DNA of 64,000 bases from Tubulanus polymorphus (taxonomy: Eukaryota; Animalia; Nemertea), in NCBI RefSeq assembly GCF_964204645.1, contig NC_134025.1, positions 28,748,299-28,812,298 on the forward strand, in the 5' to 3' direction. Shown here piece after piece: positions 39,001-51,220 of the stretch. A program made the translations under genes and the position numbers. The notes under the pieces were generated by a model, which was given only the letters and a program-made list of their open reading frames with translations, ran no database searches and was not told the DNA's origin. Numbering within the stretch: position 1 is the first letter of the stretch; the number at the start of each line of letters is the position of its first letter.

Positions 39001-41170
39001 TTTGAAAAACAGGAGGGTCCCATAATATGTCACAGTCCCTGAAACGAAAGCTGGTTTGAAAAAACAGGCGGGTCCTTTAGAAACGACAGACAGGTCTGGG
39101 ACCTGGGACCTCTTATTGAAAACACTGTAAAGAGGAAGTGATTTGATTTGTTAGATGTGCACTGAAATCTGAAATATGTTACTGAGGGTCTTAATATTGT
39201 TTACCGATAAATTTACTTTTTCTTTCATATTTCAATGAAATATTCCTGAAAAAATTTCAACTTTTCAGATATAAGCAGCTCTGGTTTATTGAAATTGAAT
39301 TATGATCATGTTTGCTTTTTAGGCGGAGATAATTGCAACATGTGAGACGAATGTTCGATGTTTAGAACAAGTCAGGTCAACAATAGCAGAAACAGAACAT
39401 TCAGTTCAACTGTCCACTGATGATGTTATATCCATACAAAGTAAGCACAAATCCTAAAAATCTGAGACCCGATTCCAGTATCCAGTTGAGAATCCCAATA
39501 GTGCAGTTTGATTTTAGAATCAATATAGTTCATTTTTCATCTAAATGGGAACTGGTTGTTCAGTGAAGAAAATCATGTTATTGCAAAGTTTCTTTGAATG
39601 ATGAATTGTAGATACTCTAACACAATGGCAAGCGTTCCATGCTCTCGCTGTGCAGAGACAAAAAGAGGCCGAAAAACTGAACGAGATATACCAAGAGATG
39701 GTCAATATAAGATCGACTGTAATAGGTGCTGAAGACGCTCTTACGTGGAATCAATTTGAAGACTGTAATCAATTAGAAAATGTCATCAAGCATTTGCAGG
39801 TAAAGCTCTTGACTCTGTGACCGGAGTTTAACTTCGAAAAAGCTAACGCATTGAGCGCATGTCTCATCATTTACAATTTCTCTTGTCTTTAGGATTGTAA
39901 ATTAGATCTTGAACAAAGCAATGATAAGGTATTCACTATGAAAACAACGTTGCAAGATTTCACTAGTGAAAGGAAACACATTAATGTCAGTACATTTGAT
40001 GAAGAGCAAACGAAGTTGCGATGCCACATTTTAACAGTCCACGACAGGTATTTGGTGATTTCAGACGCTTTCTTACTCCAGGTTTCTGATAAAAAAAAGT
40101 AGATAGCTCTTACTATTTTGCACATTATTATTCAGATTGAGCGCTCAGATATCAGAATTACAAGCTTTACTGGTGTGCTGGCACGATTATAACGAGATCA
40201 ACAAGGAACTCAGATATTGCCTCGGTAAAGAACACAATGTCCTGAAATGTCTGGAAATGACGATGGAAATGGTCGAGTTAACAGTTGAAGCGCGGCTGGA
40301 ACTCGTTCAAGATTTACAGGTAAAATCTATTATACAATCAAACAGTTTGTCATTGATATTAGATTCTAGAATAAGAAATAAAATATGTGTCCAAAATGAT
40401 CTAATATTTCATCAATGTTCGACTTCAACCAAATAATGAAACATGCACGCAATCCAGAACAAAGAGTATAAATTACAGGAAATATACAACAAAGAAACAG
40501 TTACAAAGTAAACAACTTTAAAGTAGAACAAACTAGAGGGTAAACAAATTGAATAAAAATATGGGGGACAATTAAATGAAGGAAATTTTAACTAAGTAAG
40601 ACAACAGTTAGATGAGTATCAGCTATACGATGAGTATCTATTCTATTGTGTTTTTTGCAGGCGATGTCTGAAGAGTTTAAACTCTACGAGCAGAAGCTGT
40701 CGACGATGGTTGAAAATTCGCGTCGGATTCTGGATAAATGTTACGGCGATCAGGCCGAGCAGATACGAGCCGATATCGGAAAAACAGCATCGGAACTCGA
40801 TTCGCTAGAACGACGGTGTCAGGATGATATACACCAGTGTAAGAACAACGAGCGAAATCAGCGCGGTTCCCTGATCGATGTCGATGATGTTGATGATGCC
40901 GAACGGATGGAAGTCGATGCAGCGATTCACGATGCGAGCACCTGTTCATCGGCTACTCAAACGAGTATCGGCGATGTTTCCGATTCGAACGAATTCTCGA
41001 AACGTCGACAAAATCGTCATTCGTTCGTGAGGAAGTTATTACAATGGGCGATTCCGTTACAGATAGCTTGTGTTATTGTATACGGTTTATTGTGTTTATC
41101 TGAAAGGTCTTCACACGGTATATTAGTCGTTCCACATTTACGATATGTCAGAGGCCCACCACCTGTTTGA
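21012..41170 (+). CDS. klar: Klarsicht-like outer nuclear membrane KASH protein with spectrin repeats (AKAP6/nesprin-related), about 15 coding exons
   Basis: Exons at about 21012-21217, 21840-22008, 22471-22638, 22979-23173, 23802-23927, 26202-26412, 33336-35409, 36870-36967, 37801-37934, 38722-38895, 39323-39440, 39612-39799, 39893-40047, 40136-40319 and 40661-41170. Spectrin repeat LQRDIESHSKIV...LERRWHGVWLQSLEWQCRLE; klarsicht-like motifs DALWKAIEPAYQYLMD and FSETAWDNYQ; C-terminal TM helix followed by PHLRYVRGPPPV-stop (KASH). The KASH call is secure; orthology to klarsicht is from memory. Confidence 0.85.
22025..22308. mobile_element. Degenerate MITE with CAGGG...CCCTG termini and internal TCAGGGAATTT repeats
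   Basis: Short terminal inverted repeats; the TCAGGGA repeats are shared with the element at 23213-23574; no target duplication seen. Confidence 0.5.
23213..23574. mobile_element. MITE (GGGTTGGCCACT...AGTGGCCACCC) carrying a nested element
   Basis: Imperfect terminal inverted repeats and TCAGGGA repeats; interrupted at 23430-23539. Confidence 0.55.
23430..23539. mobile_element. Nested 110 bp MITE with ~26 bp imperfect TIRs
   Basis: GGACCCAACTCCACAGTTGTGAGTTA ... TAACTCAGAACTGTGGAACTGGATCC. Confidence 0.7.
26441..26714. mobile_element. Degenerate MITE, possibly PIF/Harbinger-like
   Basis: AGCCGCGATCACA ... TGTGCGATGGCGGCT imperfect TIRs in TA-rich flanks, within a klar intron. Confidence 0.5.
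28957..29270 (+). mobile_element. tRNA-derived SINE, apparently full length
   Basis: A box TGGCCGAGCGG and B box GGTTCGAACCC; central GTGTCCTCGGGCAAGACACTT...CCACCCAGGAGTAAATGGGTACC resembling conserved SINE core domains; LINE-like tail TGTAAAGAGCTCTGAG...GCGCTATATAAG ending in TATTATTA. Confidence 0.85.
30477..30498. repeat. (GA)n microsatellite
   Basis: Direct inspection. Confidence 0.9.
31128..31303. mobile_element. Small TIR element with an internal 17 bp tandem repeat
   Basis: (CTAA)GGGCACA ... TGTGCCC(TTAA); internal ACTGTTCGCCCGGACCA-type unit about 2.6 times at about 31163-31208. Confidence 0.5.
35437..35814. mobile_element. Tc1/mariner(pogo)-like MITE with TA target duplication and a probable nested CAGGGG...CCCCTG insert
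   Basis: TA-CAGTCAACC ... GGTTGACTG-TA; nested segment at about 35475-35671. Confidence 0.65.
38965..39127. mobile_element. 163 bp MITE with 17 bp TIRs and a 5 bp target duplication
   Basis: CAGTGCTTTCAATAAGA ... TCTTATTGAAAACACTG (16/17 match), flanked on both sides by TAAAG. Confidence 0.8.
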
Positions 41171-41203
41171 TCAGTTCAATCAATAAGTATTTGTATACAT
41201 TAA

Positions 41204-41489
41204 CCCTTTCAGTGCGTCTACACCGCAGTGCGGTGTATAAATCAGTGACATTTTTTGCAAGTACACCGCAATGCTGTGTATTGATGTAATTAGTAATTGG
41301 TAATTATCTCTCTTGAAAAATGGCAGCATTACTCAAACATAGAAATACTATTAACTAATGATACACTGCACCGCAGTGTAGACGCACTATAGTGGTATTC
41401 CCGTTATTCAACAGACTAGGGTGGAATTTTTAAAGATTTTGAAATTATCTCCAGCACTATAGGCTATTGATTAGTCAGCACTGAAAGGG
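41204..41489. mobile_element. piggyBac-type MITE, copy 1, in the klar 3' UTR
   Basis: TTAA-CCCTTTCAGTGC ... GCACTGAAAGGG-TTAA; co-linear with the copy at 56059-56346. Confidence 0.92.
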
Positions 41490-42587
41490 TTAAACATGTA
41501 TTCAAAGGTCTTCGACCTCGGCGTCCAGCGCGGTGTTAGAACATAGATCCATTAGCTGATCAGAATTCAAGTCGGTAAAGATCGAATACTCCATGAAGAT
41601 GGTGGCCATCATGAAGTACCACCCTTCATTATATAAAAACAAGTGTCACAATCAGCAAACTTAGAAATACTCGCGAAACAATCATTGAGGTTTAAACATG
41701 GGTGTTTAGTTTACTAGTCCGATGAGGAATTTAGTGTTGTTTTGTTCGAATGTTTTATTCTGTACATGATAACTGCTGACATCCATACGGTTAATTGTAA
41801 ATACAGATACCGGTATTTGACAGTTTCTATAGTCTTCTTATTCAACTTTTATGAATTTTCATTTCCTAAACTATTTTTCTGGATTAAGTACGTAATGGCT
41901 GTACATAGGATTGAACAGTAATCACTGTAAATAGACCTAAATACGGTTGTCGGACCTAGATATAGTTATGGTGAAGACTATGCATTCACATGTTACAGAC
42001 CAAAATGTTATGGTCAGTAGGTTGGTTTAGTGGGGACAGTCCATGGTTTTTAGCGTACTGGTAGCTTAGAATTGTTAATCTATTCTAGATGAATTGTGTT
42101 TACGGGATGGAATCGGTATATATTATTGGTTTCAATGATTATGGCATAAAAATGTTAATTATGAAAGAATAGTTATTAATGAAAATGTATATTATTGAAG
42201 CAAGAACTGGCACATCATCATATTTGATTTGTACATAATTCTAAAATCAAGAAAAGAACAATATAAAAATGCAGTGTATATATGTTTTTAAAATTATAGA
42301 CTTGATGAAATTAGAAATAGCCAGTTCCTTCCCTAATGGAGGTAAATAACAGAAAATCGTTGTAAATATTATTGTTCCAAGAAACAAACAGATCGACATA
42401 TTTATTGGTGAAATTTGCTCTTGAGCATTATTGGTTTTTATTCAAATCTATATTTCACTGGTAAGACTTGTAAATTACACGTACCAATGTACAGCGAATC
42501 ATCGGCTAAAACCCATGTTTAAACAAAGGATTGTTGAATTCTGATCGCAAAAAAATAGAGAAAAGATAGATGAAGATATTATACGTA

Positions 42588-42674
42588 CAGTAGACTCTGT
42601 CTGCCCTACTGGAATCTGCATGAATTTTACTGAATTTAGTTAAGTGGTACTGAGTAAAGAATATGAGTCTACTG
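42588..42674. mobile_element. Tc1/mariner-like MITE, CAGTAGACTC family
   Basis: TA-CAGTAGACTC ... GAGTCTACTG-TA; more degenerate relatives at about 19738-19900, 43749-43844 and 53342-53467. Confidence 0.75.
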
Positions 42675-45600
42675 TACTAGAGAGAATATGGGCTGAGAAA
42701 TAGGACGTTAACTGCTTAACATGCCCAGTCCCAGTTATACGGGATCCAATCTATGGTTTAACTCGAAACAGTTAAATATTCGGAAGTGAACCAGTGTCAA
42801 ACTCAACTGTGGTGCTAAGCCCAGTAGTGTTATAGAATGACATTTACCTCATGAGTTGAGAGTCAGTTCATCATTCATTATACGTGCATTGAATTAAAAG
42901 GTGAAATTGACTTCTGGAATTTCTATAAGCTTGAGAAGATATGCTTATTCATTTATAACTGGAAAAAGGTTTATTTCAGTTAATTTTCAGTGTACAATGA
43001 ATAACTGATTGCTTGAAGGCAGCTGCTTGAACACGTTAGACTACTATTGCTCATCGAGTAATCTGCTCTTTGAAAAATTAAATGCAAGCTTAACTTGAGA
43101 AACGTGGAAACAAGTTTGTAATGAATTTCATGTTGATTTATGACTATAAATGTTATAAACATGCCATCATGACTTATGGGTACAATACGTACTGGTTTAT
43201 TTCTTTGAGTTGGTTCATTGTATTTGTCAATTAACTGCACACATTATGTATTTATATCTGTACAGTATTCATTCATAGTGAATACTGTTAGGTATAGGTG
43301 TTTTTAAGTTGTCGCTCCGTTTCACAAATCTGTTTATCCGTTGCTTTGTTATGTCGGTTGTCTTTGTGGTCTCTCAATTCTTTATATGCTTATAACTAAT
43401 AACAGTATATTTTATTATTGATGTGTTTTATGATAACAATTTTCAACAAGAGTAGGATTCTAGATTTCACTTCTATCCTTTACGATCGTGAGGAAATTTT
43501 ATAGGGTTTGTTTATCGATAGGACAGGATATAAACATTGCATCTTAGTGGAGAAAAAATCATCACAGGAGTATTTGGATAAGTTGTCTGTGGATCTCTCT
43601 TGATGAAAATTGTCCAGTTTTATTATCTAGTCAATTCTATTTTCATGTTCATTGCAATGTTCGTGGCTAGTTTGTTTTCTTCATATGTGTTTGAATTATA
43701 TAATCATTTGTAGCGAAAAAATAATCCGGTGGATTCATGTAGCTTTTGCAGTAGACTCCGCCGTAACCCGGTTAAGTTTTTGAAATTGATTCCTCTAATC
43801 ATGATATTAACTCGCTTGATAAATTAAAGTGGTCACGGTCTACTGTCGTAGTAGTATTTATTTAGTGTCATAAATACCGAAGTTAGGTAATTTCTAGCAT
43901 CATATGTTTATTATAAAAAGTTTTTATCTCAGGGAAAAAAACTTGGCTCCACTGCAATTCATCTTAAACCAACCGTCTGCATTGCATTAACTATTTAGAA
44001 ACTGTCTCATGAAATTTCTAACTATTATTAACTGCAAAATCTATAGTAGATATCTGAATAGATGAACAATTAATTGTAGGTGTATATGTGAACGTTACTG
44101 GTCTGTTATGAAAATCCATCATTTTATCGCAGTATGAATTATGCACGAGAGATTGCATATAAATAAATGCATATCACTTCGAGCAGTGATCGTCTTTATC
44201 AAAAGACTGTCGCGTGTATCGGGAGTTCTATACCTGAGCACGATTAAAGAACCCTTGTTCAACCGAGGACTCAAACTCTCGATGGTTTAACAGACCACTG
44301 ACGCAATTCAAAATTAACTGGAGTAAAGTTCTGATGATGCATACCGTATCTTGATATCTCCACATATATGTTTAATATCTATTTACCATACAGTCAACTT
44401 GTTTAAGTTGTCGAAGTTGGGATCGTTATTATGTTGATGACTTGCACTTAGTAGGCAGAGAAACACAAAAAAATCAAGAATCAAAAAGAAAGTTCTAAAG
44501 GGCTTTCTAGAGGATATAGCAATACTTGTTAAAAGGGCTCTTTCCAAAAAATTTCTGGGGGCCACTGTCCCCTGCTACGTACAGCCCTGGTAGAAATAAC
44601 AATTGGAAGTCCATAATGGGGATGACGTTAAAGCGATGTGACAACTTATCCGATGACTTAAGCAAGTTTGACTGTATTCAAAACCTGTACAATATGTACG
44701 ATTCTGAAGTAGGATAGATCTGGAAATTAATCTATTAAACTATAATTTAATTGTACTAATAATGTATGAATATATATACAATATATCTGATTTCATTCTG
44801 GAGCACCTCCGTAGAATGATTGATAGTGCTATGCATGTTCAAATTATCCACTGCCAAATTGTTGCTTGAAATCAACAATTTTTTTATAGATTTGTATATG
44901 GTAATATTGAATGAACATCCTAAAGATATTTTCATATTTCATAGGATTTTGGTCTTGAATATTCAAATGGTGGAAAATTTGATAATGCATTTATTGTTAG
45001 GTTCGCTTGGTTCTGGTTCTAATTCTTGCCTTAATTCTCTATTTTTTCGATTGACATACTTAGTAATTCATTTAGGTTTCGATTTTAATCATTCATAATC
45101 AGGGAAGTTTCAAATATCATGACAATTTTCAGGAATTATACCATACTCTATGAAAAGTTTTTCGGTTGGTTTTGTTTGGGTGGGAATAGACCAACCTATT
45201 TGGTGCACTATTTTACTCAAGAAATTCTCGTTCAAACTATGATATAAACCTCTTAGTGCCATTTTAATGAAGAATCTTTTATGGATTGAATTTAATGGTA
45301 ATTTTATATAGTAGATGGTAACAACTAAGAAGCTGATAAATAACCATCCATTTTATATGATTTTGTAATGAAAACTGCGTAAGTTAGGTATACCTATTGT
45401 ATAAACTATAATAAGTATTTTGTGCTTCACTAGTCATCGGACTGTATTATGCCATGCAAATTATACTGCATTAATAAAATCGAGTAAATCCAACTTCTTT
45501 ATCTTGTATTGTTTTGTTCTTTAAATATGAGCTTTAAATATGAGGATGAGAAGGTCTGATCACCGACAAACCAGGAATATAAAGACACTGATGATTCGTG

Positions 45601-45680
45601 CAACATAATGTAAATTTATTTAAAATATCATTCTGCTATCGACAAAAAGGAAAGACATCTAAACTGCAACTGAAATCGCA

Positions 45681-46962
45681 TCAGGATATAGGATTCCCTG
45701 TAAAAAGATATTTATGAAACATGAGGCAACAGCTTTTCATTGAAGATGTAGGTTCTGCTTGAATTTACCTTTTCTATCGATAACTTTCTTAAAGTATTTC
45801 GGTTCGATAAATCCATCTTTATTTCCTGCACAAAGAATCACTTTGTTACTCGATTCGTGAAATTCCATTCCATCTGAACAGAAATTACAAGGATTATTTT
45901 CAACAGTTCAAATGAGAGAATGCATAACCGGTTAAAAGATTGGATCCTACCTGACATTGCTTTCTCCACATCTATATAAATAATCAGCTGGCAACTCTTT
46001 CTCATACCTAAAACAAAATAGAGTACGAATAAATTCTATCATTTTGGAAAAAGAGGGTGAGGTTAATAAACTGTGGTAGCTTTATTTCCCATGAATAACC
46101 TAGGTATAACCAACCAAATGGGCAGAACTATTTGAAGTCCCTTCATCTGGTAATGTTATTTGTCTTACCACTAATGACTTCATCATCTCCAGGTAAACCA
46201 GCAGCAAAATGAATATGAGTACGATTACATCTGTGTAAACCCTGAAATATCAACAACAAAGAACGGACTTATAATAGTGTACATATCCCATTTGACAGTA
46301 ATTCTGCTAGATATTTTATAAAAAATAACTTCCTATTACTTGTTGTTTGATTGATGGCCAATTCTTGAAATAAGTACCATGTATACACTCTGGAATATCG
46401 GTAGGACTCATCAGTTTCTTCAAAGCAAGTTCCTTCACCTGAAACACAGTTGTAATTCATTGATCTACAATACTTTCCTAAGAACCAAAGTATATATGGT
46501 TAAGAACTAGACCATACTTGAATGCTATGTCCCTGGTTGGCTTTGATTTTCAATTTCCCATTACTTTCATCAGTGCTAAGTGTAAATCTCTGTTTATCAT
46601 TGGAAGAAACAACATGTTTGATATCAGCTTCTGTAAAACTTGTTCGCTTCATGTGTGGTAGGTTTAGTAGTTCATCGACATAAACATAACCATCTGGAAT
46701 GAAAGATTCGTCGGATATTCTCGCGAACCAGATACCGTTAGTGGCGAGCTTCTGCGATTGACCAATACAACTTACCATCAGCGATATTGATACCCAGATC
46801 ATGAGCTCTGTGTCGTAATATTCGAGACAGATCTTTTGAAAGTCTTACGAGATTTTTCTTATCAAGCTGAAAATTAAGATAGCTCAGACAACACTGTTTT
46901 TTAGATTTTTAAAAACTTTTGATGAAGATTGAAGCACTAACCTGATTGGACGCGGTTGCCAT
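45681..46962 (-). CDS. TRPT1: tRNA 2'-phosphotransferase 1 (Tpt1/KptA family), 8 coding exons
   Basis: MATASNQ|LDKKNLVRLSKDLSRILRHRA; NDKQRF; IKANQGHS; CIHGT; RTHIHFA; SGMRKSCQLIIYID; SSNKVILCAG; ends GNPIS-stop. Confidence 0.95.
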
Positions 46963-47624
46963 CTCTAGATTTGATCTACCTGCAAGTAATTCATCCAACT
47001 GTAATGATGTCGTCGCCCACAATCTGTGTAGTATGGTGTAGGGGTTCTTAAATTACAAACTATTACGCCATACAGTAGCAACTGTCAAAATGAGTCAGCG
47101 ACCTTGACTTTACAATAACATCGCGCGGTAGAGTCTACTGCCAGAGTGAGTTCCTGTTAGTTAATACGAAATCCGCTAATGTTGATTATAGCGGCAGCAC
47201 CGTACAGCATTTTATAAAATCTGTAAATTTTGTTTTATCCGGCCCTTGTTACCTGTAATGTGATTTGAGTGTAAAATAAATAAATAAAACACTGAATCAG
47301 TGATCCTGATGCTGTATCGAGTACGAACAGGGGTGTCCCAGGTTCGAAACCAGTAATTACTGACCCTGTGGCATTGCTGAAAGGTACCCCCAGTTGCGGT
47401 CAAGTTTCTATCCTCCGTCTGTTTGAAGACTGTCTCCCATTGTTGGGACTATTTCAACCGAATTCAGATACCGATCCAGTGTAAATGCACATAACCAGAA
47501 AGAGTAACCTTTTAAATGTAAAAATAGAAACTTTATTCTCAAGACATAAAATTTAGCTTAGGATGCATAGGAGGAAAATGACTTGTTTCGATTATTCGTT
47601 CGCAATTCCAAGCTGAGATGAATT

Positions 47625-50600
47625 TCATTGTGGAATAGTTATCGTATCGGAGAGAATATTGGACTGAAGATGTATCTGCTGATGCGGTTGTTGTCCTCCA
47701 ACTGATAAAATGAATGAGCTACCTGTAAAGAGGAAGTTGAATTTCGCTGATCCATGCAATTTCTATCCCAATCAGATATCAGGCCTCAACAATAATATAT
47801 TACCTTTTTTGTAGATGAACCCATGTTTTTTATCCCACACTGACAACTGCTTTACTTTGATCATAAATACTTTAGTTTGCCTGGATTTTTTCGGTATAAA
47901 AACACGATCGAATGCAATAAGCTGTATGTTAGGCATTTGTGGTTCTTCCAGCCATAACAGATAAACCTGCACTACCTGTAATAAAGAAAATCAATACAAA
48001 ATGTTAACTAAAGCCAAATCATAAAATTTTCAATAAGGGTGGCGTCCTCTGGATTTCTAACCTCATCACCGTCATAACTTCCAATATTTTCAACAGTAAC
48101 TTGAACAAGTAATTCCATTTTAATGAAAGATGTTCTTAAACTAGAATAATGAAAATTAGTGTATGACAATCCATAACCAAATGGAAACGTAGGCAAACCA
48201 GTAAAATATCTGTATGTTCGATTTTTCATGCTGTAGTCAACCATTGGAGGAACCTGAAAGAAGTAATCATAATTTCTGTCACATCATGTCAGTAATATCA
48301 ATTCAGATATCTTTTTATTAGGTGAAAGGATCCAGGACCTGTGACAAGTCTTTGTACCAGGTGTATGGTAATCTAGCAGCAGGATTAGCGCGATCACCGG
48401 TCAACAGTCGCAATAAAGCATCTCCAGTTGCCTGTGCTGGAAATCCGCACTGCAAAATGGCTGGAATCTTTTCTTGTACCAATGGAAATTGTATATCGAC
48501 AGGGCCGCCACTAAATAGTAGCAAGATGATTTCACCACCACCTAGAAATCAGATGTATATCATCTAAAGGAGTTATTCATACCAGAAATACCAAGAGAGT
48601 GTTTCGTGACTTACTATGTAAGACAACATCATTAATGAGTTCATTTTGCTTTCCAGGTAGTTTCAAATTCAGTCTGTCATGGTTCTCAGTTTCTACAGCG
48701 ATACCTAGAATTCAAAACATACCAAAGTAAAAGTTGATATTCGCAGTTGGTATTCGCATACTGATACTTCCCAGAGACCACTAACCTGTCCCTAAACAAA
48801 GTATTGTAAGATGTGAGTTCTGAACTGCTCTAATCACTGAATCTCTATGGTATGTTTCACAAGGTGTATCGGTACATCCTGCAGCATAGTAAACTTTATC
48901 TCCAAGCATTGATAAACCTGAGAGTGGTGTCGATTTATAGAATTTATCAGTTCTTGCTGCATATGAGCCAAATAACTGAACAGTGTTATTAGCCATTGGT
49001 CCGATTATCTAAAATGAATATCAAAATTTAACAACATTTTTTCCAACTAGCATCCAACTAATGTATTTCAACACAATATTTTACAGTATACTTACAGAAA
49101 TATTCTCGTATTTTTTCAATAAAGGCAGAAAACTGTTCATATTTTTCAGTAATATGAATGATTCTATAGCAGCTTCTACGGCTAACATTCTATGTTCCAC
49201 ACTTTCGACCACAGATAAGTTAACATTTGCGTACGGGTTCATTGCCGCTGGATCAAATTCACCAAGTCTAAATAACAACTAAGAACATGGCAGAAAAGAA
49301 AACGGACGAAAGTCAACAGTTTATAAAACTTTACCTCATTCTGGTGTTGAACAGCGGTCTAGCTCGTTCATTTAGTAATTCACGAGTTATTCGACCAATT
49401 TTCACAGCTTTCAATAATGACAAGTAAACTGCATTTTTATCATTGCCCGAAAGTTCCAAGTTAGTTCCAGCTTCTATGCATGCGACTGCTGTATCCAAGC
49501 TATTGTTCAAGTATTTATGAAAGTCAATGATGTATTCTATAGCACCTTCATCGCTGACCACATAACCAGTAAATTTCCACTCTTTTCGTAGGATTTCAGT
49601 TAATAGTTCACTATTAGCACATGCAGGAATTCCATTTATACTGAAATAATACACAAGTCAATAATCTCATTTCATTAATGCTATATTTCCCTTCAAGGAA
49701 TCGGTCAATACCTGTTATAGCTACACATCACGGAATGAACTCCTGCTTTGACGCAAGCTTCAAACTGGGGCAGAAATGTGAGCCTCCAATCCTGCATAGA
49801 TACCTGGAATGAAACAAGTACATTATAGTTCAGATATGATGATGTATCGATGTTGACGATGTAGAACGATTTACCTTTGCATCAAATGAGACTCTTGGTA
49901 CTGGAATATTCTCTGGCCCACCATGAGCGTCGAAGTGTTTACAACCAGCGTTTGTTTGTAAGTATCGGGGATGTTTGCCCTGAATGCCTGCTACAAAATG
50001 TTCGGCATATACACCACTCAAAAATGGATCTTCTCCATAAGTTTCCTGTTTAAGAGAAAAAGTTTTGACGATATCTCAATACCTGAAAATGGTTACATAT
50101 GAATTCTCTGGAGCAAGTTGAACGAACAATTTACCTGATTTCGACCCCACAAAGGATGCCTCATGATGTTGATTACAGGACTGAAACAGCTCAGTCCTGT
50201 ATGATCAAAATACATCCCTCTTTTCATGAAATCGTTGTGTTTCGCGCGAACTTCCATCGCGGTCGCGGCCGCCACATTTCTGATAAGCTGAGGACTAAAA
50301 CATCAATATAGATACATAAGCATCGTGGAAGATATTTCAAATGATTTGGCTGACATCACACTCACCTGAATGCAGCGGCTAATCCGATAGATTGAGGAAA
50401 AGCTGTCGCATTTCCAGCAGTTTGAGCATCACCGCGGAGACATTCGGTATTCCATTGATACGGTTTAATACCAAGCCGCGGTATTGCCGGTGCAGGCCCT
50501 CCATATTTACCAGCTCCACCTCTCGCTAACTGCAGGACGATTTCTTCATCTGTCAGTCTCGATATGAGATCATTGACTCGAGTGTCCCAGGAAAGTGACG

Positions 50601-50697
50601 GGTTCCAGAATGGGAACTTATATTTCACAGTACCAGACACTGTCCTCGTCACAATAAAAGCCAAAAATATCCAAACCACTGTCGTTATCTTCTTCAT
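47625..50697 (-). CDS. Secreted glycoside hydrolase family 3 beta-D-xylosidase-like protein, multi-exon
   Basis: Signal peptide MKKITTVVWIFLAFIV; ATAFPQSIGLAAAF; PVINIMRHPLWGRNQETYGEDP; CKHF; VMCSYNSINGIPACAN; GYVVSD (GH3 nucleophile Asp); PAARLPYTWY; RTYRYF...FPFGYGLSYT; Fn3-like tail ending VGGQQP...TIPQ-stop. Confidence 0.93.
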
Positions 50698-51220
50698 CTT
50701 TTTTAGCTGCAATAGAAATAGAAGAGTGCAATAATAAACTTGAACGGGGAATCTTTTGTAAAAAAGCAAATTTTTCGTCTCTTATTTTACAGTTTCTGCA
50801 TTCACATTCATCGTAAGAGTTTAAACCATCTATAAAAACATAAACATTCTACGACCATAAGATGACAACGTCTATTTCGTGCTTAGGAAGACGAAAATAT
50901 CGAATTTAAACAATTTTGACAGGTCCCGTACCGGTCTTGTAATCCACTTCTCAGTCCATTACCGCATATTAAACCTTTCAAATCCAAATCCGTACCTTAT
51001 TGCTTACCTTATACTATTTACCAACTGAAACCGTAAACTATTTGAGAAAATGGAACACGTTTTTACTTTTAATTTTTGAAAGTTTTACTCTAGAACTCAT
51101 TATTCATATATTCTGCAATGTAAAACCAATAATTTCGACCCAAAATCTTCCAGAATGATAAGTATTTTCTAATTAGTGTAACACAAGTCATCAGTCGGTT
51201 ACATGCGGTAATTATTAGAA

